Position numbers and translations under genes: made by a program. From Octopus vulgaris (Eukaryota), in the NCBI GenBank assembly GCA_951406725.2, contig OX597822.1, positions 87,110,001-87,174,000 of the forward strand: a stretch of 64,000 bases of DNA, given 5' to 3'. Of this stretch, positions 50,151 to 62,839 are shown piece by piece; position 1 is the stretch's first letter; every line of letters starts with the position of its first letter. A model generated the notes under the pieces. It saw only the letters and a list, made by a program, of their open reading frames with translations, did not search any database and was not told the DNA's origin.

Positions 50151-51055
50151 ATATATATAATCGCTTGTCACAACCTGTTCTTTGTCATTTAATGTTTTTT
50201 GCTTTTAAGTTTTTTTTTCCTATATTTTTCCAAATGACAAAGAAATAGTTTGTTGTGAGTGAAGCACCTGTGCAAGAGAATTCTTTGTAGTGTGTAAGTT
50301 TCCGTCATTTAGCAGCCTTCATTTTCTTCTTAATGTCAAACATATGAATTATTAATCTTTTTTTTTTTTTTGATTGTAAGAGGATTGTGGTTGGATAAGA
50401 AAAAGGAAACAAAGAACATAACTCAGTTTAGATCAATGTCTTGAAATGTTCACTGTAATGCCTAGTCTTGGAAACGGTGTGCTTATGTCTGTGGACTGGA
50501 CATAATGCATTGGGAGAAAATGCATCTAAGTTTGAATGAAGTAAAATAAAGTAGATTATTCCATTGATGAATATCAGCAATAAATAATTGCAATGGCATT
50601 AATAATTTTAAACAAATGAAGGTAGGATTGTTCTAGCAATAATAATTTGGGTAATTTTTTTTGCTTAGGAGAGTTCATTAGAAATAATAAAAGTAAAAGT
50701 CCTTTACTGGTTCCCAAGCAAATACTACTGAATGGGAAAAGTAAGTTTACCTTGTCATTTTTGTGGGTAAATAGGAAAAATATCATTACAAAAAGTCAAA
50801 AGTTTTTATATAACTGGCGCTTCGTTGGTTGCAAAGTAATTTGTTTTTCATTCCCAGAAGCTATTTTTTACTATAATAAATTTATTTCACTAAATATATA
50901 AAATTCAACTCGTTATTCAAGAAATACATTGCAAACAAAGAAATAATTCATGATTTCTTCACAGATTGAATCACTACTTTAAATTACTTAACTGTTTACA
51001 CTTAAATTAGTCCATAATTTTCTACACTTGTTGACTTTATATAAATCTCTCTCTT

Positions 51056-51086
<31 letters not shown>

Positions 51087-51299
51087 TACTTTCTCTCTGT
51101 GAGTGTTAGTGGTTGCTTTACACGTTGAGTGCTTACGTGTAGTTGAGTTGTGTTTATGTGTTTCACTCTGTTGCTTGCTTATGAGTATAGAGTCATGACA
51201 CACACACACACATGCAAAATATAATTATTAAAAGAAGGATGTGTCAGCTGCTTTGGACTTTCTCACCTCTTTCTTCTGCTCAACTCATTTACTACTTAC

Positions 51300-52105
51300 C
51301 CAATCAGACTTCTCCTTATGAAGCTGTGCTAGGGAGATGTGTCAAGAAGAAAGCTGTCTCATGACTGGTTTAATGCTGAAGTAATTTTGTGGAGGGTTTA
51401 AGAATATACTTAATGCATTTTCACTGTTCAGCTTCTAAACTTTCTCCCCTACCAACTCAGTGGAGAAAAGATGATTTGGAAATCCCATGTCAACCATTCT
51501 CACGATGAAACTGGACCATTGCCACTGGGCTCCACTAAGTAGAGTGTAGATGTTGGGCAACAATATGTAATTAAAGACCCTCACTGCCTGTGATCTTGTC
51601 CTGCCATGAATATGCGGCATTTTGTGCTGGCAGTTGGAATCTCATGATGCTTCTTGTAAATAGTCTATGTCTCATTGGCAAGCCAGAAAGCTAGTAGGAC
51701 AATGGTTTTTATAGACTTTCAACTTTGTTTGAAGTTTCAAATAACTTCCATGCTCAGACACTGGCTAAGTCCACCAAAGGCAATTCTGGTGTTGGCAGAT
51801 CTGTTGTTGATGTCATTGTTAATGATGACAGTTGTTGAGAAAGTGCTGCCAAGATATGAGACTCCTAATGGTCTGAAAGATTTGGTCTTTGACCATAACT
51901 GCTGCTGCTAACTATTCTTTTTTTTATGGTACTGTCTGATACAAGACTTTGGTATCTTTCCTGCTAGAGAAATCAAAGTCTTCAAACTCTGAAATTGCAT
52001 CGGCAATACAAGACTCACACGTTTCCAGTCTGGAATCTTTTGGTTGAAGAGCCTGCTGTTAGTGTATGGTAAAGTAATCATCTCTCCTCTCTTGGAACCA
52101 GAAAT
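51300..52105 (-). mobile_element. Old RTE/BovB-like LINE remnant
   Basis: Minus strand SYLGSTFSTTVIINNDINNRSANTRIAFGGL...SWQDKITGSE...AQWQWSSFIVRMVDMGFPNHLFSTEL. Confidence 0.7.
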
Positions 52106-52355
52106 TGTCAGAGGTTCACACAAATAAAAACAAAAAAAAAACTCTGTTTCAATTCCTAGTCCTCAAGTTGATCAGGTTTCTCTTGTATGATATCTTTGAT
52201 TTTCCAAAGTTTGTAAAGGTTGATCAAGATTTTCTAATATCTCTCTGTTCTTTTTTTACTCTCTTTCACTTTTTCTTCATCTCTTCTTGTCTCCTGTGCC
52301 TATATTAGAAATCAAAATTTTAAAAAAGTCCACTGTATGTTCTTAATTCTTTCAG

Positions 52356-52441
52356 GGGCTGAAACATACAGGTTCTGAAGATGCTGTGATAAAGTACAGT
52401 GATGGTATTGCTGAAACACTCAAGCAAAACATCCCTTTCAG
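52356..52441 (+). CDS. Polycystin-1-like gene, probable exon E (86 nt, phase 0/2)
   Basis: Acceptor ttctttcag at 52355, strong donor ag|gtgagt. Phase matches exon D across a 24-kb intron. Translates GLKHTGSEDAVIKYSDGIAETLKQNIPF; IKYSDG sits where WDFGDG is expected. Confidence 0.75.
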
Positions 52442-52872
52442 GTGAGTGTTGAAAAGCCTTAAATGTAGTAATTTCAACCGTTCATGAATTTACAAGTAAT
52501 TTGAATCCAAATGTATAGTTGAATGTCTAAAAACTTGAAACTTTTTCACGTAATTTAGGGTCAAGTGATTTTATGGTTGCCCACCCATCCTAATTAATGA
52601 TGTCCACTCAAGCCACAGCCAAGAAATATAAATACTTGCATTTAATCTCAATCTGAGAGGAAAAATTAAGATTTCTTCTTAGAAGTTGATGAATCAACTT
52701 ATTTAAACAGATTTTTAGGCCTCCATGATTTCTCAAATCTACTTTTGAAAGAAAACAAAATCCATTTCTTAATTTAATTTTGCTTTCCTTATTCTTCTTA
52801 TTTCATTTACTTTTTTCTATTCTTTTTAGTAGAACATGCTTTCATTTTGTTTTGTTACAACCATAAAATAAA

Positions 52873-53908
52873 TCTCAAAGCCTTTGACAAAGTTGATCAT
52901 GAGATGATAGGCCAAAAATTGTATCACTGGTAGCACTGGAAAATAGGGGGAGTGACTGCATGACTTTTTAAAAGTCCGTCAGTTGCAGCCAGCCAGTGGT
53001 ACTCTCTTTGGGAAGACATCTATTCTCAGGGGAGTCCCTCAAGGAACTGTACTGAGACCAGTTCTGTTTGTAGTGGCACTCTTAAACATGTCCTCAGCCA
53101 TACAGTACCTCTCACCAGCTATGCAGATGATACAGAAGTATCACAGGTGGTCAAGGATCCTGATGATATACTAAAATTACAAAATAACCTGAATGTAATA
53201 TACAAATGGACTGAGGAAAAAAACATGCAGCACAATGCTGAAAAGGTTCAAGCACTCCACTGTCGGCTTGCAAACAGACCACAATTAGAATACAAAGAAG
53301 CAAGGGGTACGGCAATCCCAGAGTCAAAGTTGGTGTGTGACCTGGGAATCCATGTATGTAACGATGCAACATTTCATGTGCATATTAACAAGACGGCAAC
53401 ACTGTACAGGTGAGTAGCTGAATGGATTCTGAGATCATTCAGAACCAGAAAAAGGATACCTTCTACTCTTATGGAGAACTTTCATTCTCAGTCATTTGTT
53501 TTATAGTCAGTTTGGTTACTTTTTGCGTACCACCACTTTCGTAATGGTTTTTATTTTATTTATATGTTTCCTATTTGGAAATAGATAATAAATATATTTC
53601 ATTTTTGAAGTAGGAGTCTATATTGATAAACACATTACTTATAACTTACTTATAAGTGTTATCGTTATACATAAATCCTGACTCCGGCTTTAGTGAGAAA
53701 TATATACACTGAAACCCTAATGGACATTTTATATGTGCATGTATGTTGAAGATAAATAAATTCATGTTCTTTTAACCGCTATAAAAAGAATACACAGTTT
53801 CATAATTACAGAAATAAATTTCATTAACAAGTTGAAGAACGTAAAGAAAGAGAAAATAATTACTACATTAGTTTATTTATCTATAGAGAAGGCATCAAAG
53901 ATATGCAA

Positions 53909-53941
<33 letters not shown>

Positions 53942-54340
53942 ATCTTGGAAGGTTTTGCTCTCAGCTTTGGAACTGAAAGCTATACCAACTACGAAACTGG
54001 ACAGCACTGCATAGTGCCAAATATCTCATCTTCTCCATCTAGAATAAGGACTCAGTACAGTAACAGCTTGAGTTTTAAGGGTCCACAACTACTCCACATT
54101 TTGCTAAACAACCTTAGATATTTTCAAGGCATAGGTGTAGAGGTCTTCAAAGAGCATCTGGACAAATTCTTATCAGAGATACAAATGAATCCACATCACA
54201 GCATGAAACACAAAGAAGAGCAGTTACATCTAACTCACTGCTTCACCAGAAATAGTACAGAAAAGAAACCTAATCACAGTGAAAGGTGGTGCTCCAGTAT
54301 GGTCTCAGCTTCTGGTTGAAACCAATAAGAGGTAAAAGAT
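52873..54340 (+). mobile_element. CR1-clade LINE family B-related: RT through 3' end, interrupted by an AT-rich insertion (~53505-53940)
   Basis: KAFDKVDH, GVPQGTVL.PVLF, SYADDT, LQNNLNVIYKW, VCDLGI; resumes at ~53940 with NSLSFKGPQLL...VEVFKEHLDKFLSEI and the tail ggtggtgctccagtatgg...gaaac. Confidence 0.88.
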
Positions 54341-54539
54341 ACATGTTTGAATATTGAATGTGTGATAAACAGAGCTTTACAGTCTCCAGATTTTATTTAC
54401 CATTTTAGGATGATGCCTTTATCAAGTGCCATCATAACATGGAGCACTTTCTCTGCTTGTTTGCCAGCCACTTTACAAAATGTACTGGGTCCCTTTCATT
54501 GTAGGACCAAGTCCTCACTCCTCTATGGTCATTCTGTTT

Positions 54540-54915
54540 TGTGGTAAGTAGCTTGTTTACCAACCACATGGTTCCAGGTTCAGTCCCACTGCATGGCACC
54601 TTGGGCAAGTGTCTTCTACTATAGTCTCGGGCCAACCAAAGCCTTGTGAGTGGATTTGGTAGACGGAAACTGAAAGAAGCCCGTCATATATATATATATG
54701 CGTGTGTGTGTTTGTGCATCTGTGTTTGTCCCCCTAGCATTGCTTGACAACCGATGCTGGTGTGTTTATGTCCCTGTTACTTAGCGGTTCGGCAAAAGAG
54801 ACCGATAGAATAAGTACTGGGCTTACAAAAGAATAAGTCCTGGGATTGAGTTGCTCGATTAAAGGCGGTGCTCCAGCATGGCTGCAGTCAAATGACTGAA
54901 ACAAGTAAAAGGGTA
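54540..54915 (+). mobile_element. SINE family 1, slightly 5'-truncated
   Basis: B box ggttcagtccc, internal (TA)(TG) tract, tail ggcggtgctccagcatggctgcagtcaaatgactgaaacaagtaaaag. Confidence 0.88.
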
Positions 54916-56574
54916 AAAGAGTAGAGAGAAGAGGATGAAAGCAGGAAATGAAGTCAATTGAAAAAGAAAAGGAAGCTAGAGGTGCAATGGCAGGAGAAAG
55001 AGGATGATTTGGGTAACAGGTTGTTAGAAGAAGAAAGTAAAATGGAAAATGGTGGAGTAATTGTAGGGTATAATGAGAAATAGAGGAGAGAGAGAGAGAG
55101 GGGGGAGTGGATAGGCTTGGAAATGGATTATTGTAAGAGGTGATGATAGATGCCACAATAAAGAGTGATCTATGGTAGAATGAGTGATGACTGGCAATAC
55201 AGGAAGGTGATGGGGAAGTATATTAATATGAAGAGACTCCATGCAAATCCTTGTTATACAAGAATTAAAATGGGAAAGAGAAAGGTTTTGAGTGAGACAA
55301 ATTGTGGTGAGGAGGAGGTGAGATACAGAGATGAATAAATGTAAGTTTACATACCAAAATATCTTAGTTCATGCCACAAAATTCTTTTTACCAAGATGAG
55401 GTAACTCCAAGTCAACAGTTAGACTGTCTAATTCAATAAATGTTCACACAGATAACCACCAGCAATAGACCATCAACTAAACCATCTTTTAAAACCTGTT
55501 ATCATCATTTTAGACCATCTCTAAGTTTGTCTGTTATGTTGGTTCAACTGAATTTTATAATATGGATATTGGAATGTCTCAAACCAAATCTAAACAGTCT
55601 AATATTATATCAAACTTTGCTGTACCTAATGGATACTTTCTCAATGTCTAGCAATTAGCTTCTTAGACTAACACTTATGTGCTTTTAATATTAAGATAAG
55701 ATCGCTTTAGGTCAGTTTCTAAACCATTTAATACTGATAAACTCCTGTCATCTCAGCATATTGTCTAATGAAGATACAGGCTTGTTTCCAAACTTGAGTA
55801 TTCTCAGATTTATACCTATGGCCCAGTTAGCACTAATAACTCCAAAATGACTTGGAGTAACATTGTAACTTGTCCAGTACTGAGAAGGGGGTTCAGGAAA
55901 CAGTTGACATCTGCCTGTCACATAAACATATAGTTTCCATCAAGAAATAACCCCCACCCCCCACCCCTGAAACATCTCCAAACTCAGGCAATTACCTATT
56001 GTCTACAAACACTTGCTTTGTGTTCTTTTAACACACACATCAACACATCTTCTTGTATGCAAACACACATTTTCACTGTCTAATCTAACTTTGAAGGACA
56101 CAGCCTGTATTGTCTTCTGTCCTGTATATAAACTAAGTTCTGTTATCAGGCCATAAATACCGAATTAAGTGTTCTTAGTTTTATAACAGTGTGAATGTCT
56201 TATTGTGTAAGGGGAAGAATCTGCATATGTACATGCCTGTTCATGTGCACATGCACACACGCACACACATATGTACATATATATTATTAGATATTAGATA
56301 ATAAAATGAATGGTTTATACCAGGTAGCTCACTGGTAAAGCACGGTCACTTTCACAGTATTTGTTATGTATTTGGTTAACCAAATATAACTATATACACT
56401 TCCCCATCACCCTCCTGTATTGCCAGTCATCACTCACTCTGCAACAAGTCACTCTTTATTGACATCCATCACCACCACTTAACAATAATCCATTCCATGT
56501 CTATCCACTCCCCTTTCTCTTGTCTATTTCTCATTATACCTTGCCAGTACTGTCCTCCATTACTCCAACATTAA

Positions 56575-56637
<63 letters not shown>

Positions 56638-57304
56638 AAGAAAGAGAGATGGTGTCATATATACAGTCATATTCAGACGAATATACACACATATGTACAT
56701 CCATGTAGATTTATTAAATGCTGAAACATTAAAAATAAATGGAAAAAAATTGTTGGAAAAATTTGAAGTTTTTTTAAAATTCATTTTTTTTTTTTTTTGT
56801 TTTGTTTTTTTGTTCCACACTGAAAAAGAGTACACACACACATACATACAGAGTACTTCAATAGCAGCAGGAAGTGCAGATTGTGCCTGACTGAGAAAAG
56901 AGCAGCATTGAAGAGCTCTCAGCACCCAGGCATCTACTTGAACAGTAGAAGGGAAATTTTTAATCCTTGCCCACTTGAAAGGAAATACATCCTATCATAC
57001 CTGCATGTCCCATCATGACTATAATTACCAGTCCTCCAGCTTTGGCCCCTCCTTCTTTCCACCAATACCTGTTTATCCAGCAAATGGTTTGACCAGAACA
57101 TATGCAAACATACTCACAAACACACACACACCCTAACATGGTAAACATCCACTCAATAAAGACTTCCCCACCCCACCCCCCAATATAAGCCCCCACGTGT
57201 ATTGTACTCCTACACACACTCCATGGATGCATAAGTGCCCTCAAAATTTAACCAAATATTTTAACTAAAGCATAAAAGATAGAAAATACTCTAACAAACA
57301 CAGA

Positions 57305-57337
<33 letters not shown>

Positions 57338-58087
57338 CCCCAAAAAAAATTGCTGCGTATGTAGTATTTCTACACACATTTCCCATAACACTCTTTTCCA
57401 GAAAACTCTTATTGCCTTGCAAAATCCTGAGAGATGGTGCTTTGGTACTAAGGAACATAACTCTTAACTTAACCCTTGCTCGGTTCTCACCTCCAGCTGC
57501 CATATTTCATTTTATAACTGTCACCTCTGAGGAGTGCAGAGTTACATAATTGGATTTTACCTAACACTCCATTGAACCCCTAGTGTGAAACTGATTGTTA
57601 AGATCAATTGTAATGCTGTAATACCGTACACTTCAATTAATATATATAAATATATAAAATTTAAAATAGGATAAAATCTTAATAAGAATTTATCAAATAG
57701 TCAGCGTGAAAACCTCATAAGACAAAAATTTATAATTATTCCCTTTAAATATATATATTTTATTAAGAACATTACAACACATAAATGCCTCGTGCTATTA
57801 AGGAGTCTTAAAGTCAAAACTACCATAATAAATACTCAGTGTACTGAATGTGAGGGAATGCAACCTTTGAAGCCAACCCTTAAAATCTGTTTTTAAAGGT
57901 TGGCTTCAAAGGCTGCATTCCCTTCATAGTTTTGACTTTAAGAGTCCCAAATAGCGTGAGGCATTTATGTGTAGTAATGCCCTTAATATAATATAATATA
58001 ATATAATATAATATATATATATATACATATACACACACACATGCACACAGACAGTGCAGTATATATAGAGAGTAGAGTATATATATA

Positions 58088-58452
58088 GGGTAAAGACCTC
58101 CTTCAATCATGAATGAGCATGGAATTGTACCTAGAAAATTCCCTTCTGAGGCACAAGTCCAGGTAAGGTTGTTTATAGAACACCTGCAGTTGCCCATGCA
58201 TACCAGCCTCACCCCCCTCTCCACACCCCTAATGTTATCCAAGGGAAAGGCAAAAGAGCCAATACAGCAATGTTGCAACACATCTGCAGATGAGTGAAGT
58301 GGAGCAATGTGAAATAGAGTGTCTTGCTGAAGAATGTTCTAACCACTGAGCTATGCACCATGGAGGCACCTGGCTCTGTGGTTAGTGTGTCAGGCTCACA
58401 ACCATGAGGTAATGAGTTGAACTCCCAGACTGGGCTGTGTGTTGTGTTCTCT
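58088..58452. mobile_element. Two head-to-head tRNA-derived SINE fragments
   Basis: Minus copy starts ggtgcatagctcagtggttagaa (~58360) and runs to 58088; plus copy starts ggaggcacctggctctgtggttagtg (58362). Confidence 0.55.
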
Positions 58453-58457
58453 ACCCT

Positions 58458-58508
<51 letters not shown>

Positions 58509-58794
58509 CAATCAATATAAGGGTAGCAAAAAAATTCAAGAAAAATTCAAGAAAAATTTTCTGCAACCAGCAGTCAAGTGAGAAAATAGAAATAGTCACA
58601 GACTATATAATATATTCAACAATAGTATTAAGGAATGACCCTGACAGGTCGTTCAACTCACTTGAAAAGAGCAGCTAAACTCAAACCGCAAAATAGTAGT
58701 AATTCTGAAACTAAAGGAGAAATAAAAACATTTATCCCTCCTTTAGTTTCAGAATTACTACTATTTTTGTGGTTTGAGTTTAATACTATTGTTG

Positions 58795-58942
58795 TATATA
58801 TATTATATATATATAATATATATATTATATATATATATAATATATATATATATTATATATATATATTATATATTATATATTATATATATTTATATATTAT
58901 ATATATATTATATATTATATATATTTATATATTATATATATT

Positions 58943-59005
<63 letters not shown>
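58795..59005. repeat. Long degenerate (TA)n tract (many shorter (TA)n, (TG)n, (CT)n, (GATA)n tracts occur across the window)
   Basis: Seen directly. Confidence 0.98.
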
Positions 59006-59009
<4 letters not shown>

Positions 59010-59312
59010 ACCCATCGCTTAACAACTAATGTTGATGTGTTTATGTCCCTGTAGCTTGGCAGTTTGGCAAAAGAGACTGATAGAATAGGCTTACACAGAA
59101 TAAGACCTGGGGTCATTGTTCGACTAAAGGCTGAAACAAGTAAAAGAATAGAAGAATATGTATGTGTATATATATATATATATATATACACACACAAATA
59201 TTTACCCAATGTCCTCTGTAGTGGTAATAACTACACAGAGCTGGGAAACAAACTTGTTAACCACATAGTCATATATGTATGTATGTATGGGTATATTTAT
59301 GTGTGTGTTTAA

Positions 59313-59354
<42 letters not shown>

Positions 59355-59619
59355 TTATATATATTTTTTTTTCCCACACACAGAGAAGAACCCTTCCTTT
59401 ATATAAGTGTAAGGACCTGGTCCCTAAATATGTGTACCTGTTATATTTTTAGACACTTTTGAATTTGTATGTCTATGTACATGTATGTTTATAGTGCTCT
59501 TCAGAGGACAACATATTCACATTGTGCCTTATTCGTAACTACTTACACACATTTGCACACCCACAGATATACCATTTTCTTTTGACCACTACCATTTTTT
59601 TTTCATTTTACACACATTT

Positions 59620-59668
<49 letters not shown>

Positions 59669-60235
59669 CTTGGCATTATAGCAAATTAAGTTGATGCATT
59701 TGTAAAAGTTTTAATTAGTCAACCCCTGTGTAGTTTACCTGTACAGCAATCAGCTCTTGCTGTGTGGCTGCTACTGCTGATTCTGCTTCAAGTTAACTGG
59801 ACATTTCATCTAATATGGCAAGAGATGTTATTAAGTATATAAAATGAACGCATTGCTAGTAACGGACCAGTGTTATTTTTATACACATATGAATTGAAGT
59901 TTACATAGGCTAATACCTCCTCCTGCCTCTCTTAAGACTTTCAAACACACACACATACACACAAGATTCTCTCTCTCACTCTCTGCTTTTCTTTCTCCCC
60001 CACCTTCTCTCTTTACTATCTTCTTCCTTTCTGTCCCATCAGTGCCAGCAGCAGAGAGCAGCAGCTGTGTTTGATAGAAAGGAGAGGAGTTGAAGGATGG
60101 GAGGCGGTGGGGCTATCAACCCATGAAGTCAGGTTGGCAGTCATTGTAAGAGCAGATCTCTCCAACTGCAGATAGCACCACAAGCAACTCTTGGAAGTGT
60201 GTTCCACTTCACACTGACCTGTAGACTCCTTTTAG

Positions 60236-60267
<32 letters not shown>

Positions 60268-60285
60268 TCCCCTCCTTACTCGACC

Positions 60286-60316
<31 letters not shown>

Positions 60317-60884
60317 CCTCTCTCAATCAACCTGGCTACCTTATTGCCAGTTTAATTCCAGTACAGGGAGATCCCATTTTCAAGTAATTATTCACAAACT
60401 ACAGAACTGACAGCAGACATTCCTGACATTCTATATTGTTATTCCAGCAAGCAGTGAGAGGTCAATTTAGGTTTGTTTATTACTTTGTTCTTAATTATAT
60501 TTTTTTCTTACCAAATTACAAGCAGGTCGTCTTGAATGGTCGTTATTCTTTCATTTATATTTTGTAACCATTTACGTTTCTAAATAAGCAAAATATCTAA
60601 ACTTGTGCATTTAAATCTACACCTGGTCCTTAAATAAAGGTGCACTCAAGTGCATAAATGCATCCATGTATGTACATAACACGCATGCACACATGCACAT
60701 ACATATACGCACACACACGATATGTGTATGCATATATGTATATATATATATTTATATAAATATATGTATATGCACACATGTATATGTACATGTATGTATG
60801 TATATATATCTATATCTATCTATGTATCTGTCTGTCAGTCTATCTATCTATATATACATACATACATACCTACATACATACATT

Positions 60885-60915
<31 letters not shown>

Positions 60916-62218
60916 GTGTGTGTGTGTATATATTTTTATACACAAATATACTAGGTATGTAGATTATCATATAAAAGTACATCTTTTGTATACTTTTCTA
61001 TCTTATATTTTGTAAAAAGTATATTTACCATAACTTTTGTCCCTACTTTAAGCATAGATATTGGTGTTTCTAAATTATACACTTCATTATTTTCATGAAA
61101 TCTAATTTACATTTTGGTCTTTCACCCTTTCTTTCTTCAAACACACTCAATAGGTGCCATTTCAACTTTCTATTAGAATATTTTATATAAAAGTCAATTC
61201 TGACCTCTAATGTACACCAGGTGTAACACTCTTTTTCTTTGCCCTCAGAATCAATAAAATTCTATTATGGTCTTAAATTTTCTGCAAATCAGTCGGCATT
61301 AGATTGATGCTTATATTGCTTATTTTATCAATATTTGATTTGAAACTATTTCAAAACTGTGCCAATATCCTTTCTACTCACTAAAACTGGCTTCTTATCA
61401 GTATTACTTTCGCCTCAGAAAACAGAAATCATGAAAAGTATACCAAAAAATCACACACCCACAAAAAAAAAAAATACAAAATCAAATTGTTTTTTCATAT
61501 TTTATACCAAAATAGTTCAGATTAGCACTAAATGTGTGGAAACATGTCTTGAAGTAATTTTTGTCACTTTAGTAATTAATCTTTAAGGAAGTTTGACTAT
61601 GAAGTTTTGTGACGCCCACCCCTCCATGCTTCTGTCCTGAAACTAATGTAGACAGGGAATGAAATGTCGATGTTACATCGGATGTTTTCTACTGCTAGTT
61701 CAAAGTTGATACTGAATTCCAGCAGAGAAAACTATGCAAAATTGAAATATATGCTTTTTCTTTTTCTACTTTGCCTTCAATTTAAATATATTGCATCATA
61801 AATGAAACTTCCAAAGTTTTAGCAAACATTCATACTTCTTTTATAGATAAATATCAACTTCACTTGATTTGAATTTCACAGAAAACATTCTAAGTCTTTG
61901 ATAATTAAAATGCTTTTAGCTAGTTTGCATTTGGATTTGGTAACCTTGGGATTGTAGATTATGGCCAGGAGCATTTGCATTTACATTTTCCAAACCACCA
62001 ATGTATATTTAGATTTGCATATTTCTAGTTATGTATTTACACACAAACCTAGCCATAAATATTACTCAAAGTGATATTTACCTCCATAACCACTCACATT
62101 TTCACATGCTGATGTCTCACAAGAACTCAACTGTTATTTTTTGATATTGTCTTTCAATTTGAAACACAGAAATGTGAAATTCTAAATGGCTACATCACCT
62201 GTCAGTTGTAATTTCAAA

Positions 62219-62292
<74 letters not shown>

Positions 62293-62640
62293 GATGTGTA
62301 TATGTGTGTGTCTGTCTGTCTTGTATGTATGTATGTATTTATGTATACATGTAGATTTGTATGTTTTGTTTTATGTATGTCTTCTCATGCATATAGTTGC
62401 ATATCTAGTCATACTCATATATACTTAAATGATAAATGTCTGGAAAGTTTTATAGACTTTTTACAGTTCCAGTGATGGCTTGGCTCTGTAATCTTGTAAC
62501 CAGCTTTCTCCTTTCTGGTTTTGAAAAGCCTAGTTTCTCAAGATTGGTATTTAGGTAGTGTGTTACATATCCACCAGGCAGCTGATTTCCACCACTGTAC
62601 ACAGTTTCTCTTCTCTGTCCCAAATCACTATGTCCTGTAT

Positions 62641-62802
62641 CATCATCATCATCATCGTTTAGCGTCCGCTTTCCATGCTAGCATGGGTTGGACGGTTCAA
62701 CTGGGGTCTGGGAAGCTAGAAGGCTGCACCAGGCCCAGTTTGATCTGGTAATGTTTCTACGGCTGGATGCCCTTCCTAACGCCAACCACTCCATGAGTGT
62801 AG
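62641..62802 (-). mobile_element. RTE-type 3' end copy, highly similar to 3803-3965
   Basis: Reverse complement aligns with only scattered substitutions by eye. Confidence 0.88.
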
Positions 62803-62839
62803 TATGTATGTATGTACGTATTTATGGGTGTGTGTATAA

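Noticed and set aside
54409-54543. Possible phase-2 exon after exon E (ttttag|G...tg|gtaagt, open frame)
   Set aside because: Peptide shows no PKD features and the donor comes from the SINE head; at most a cryptic exon.
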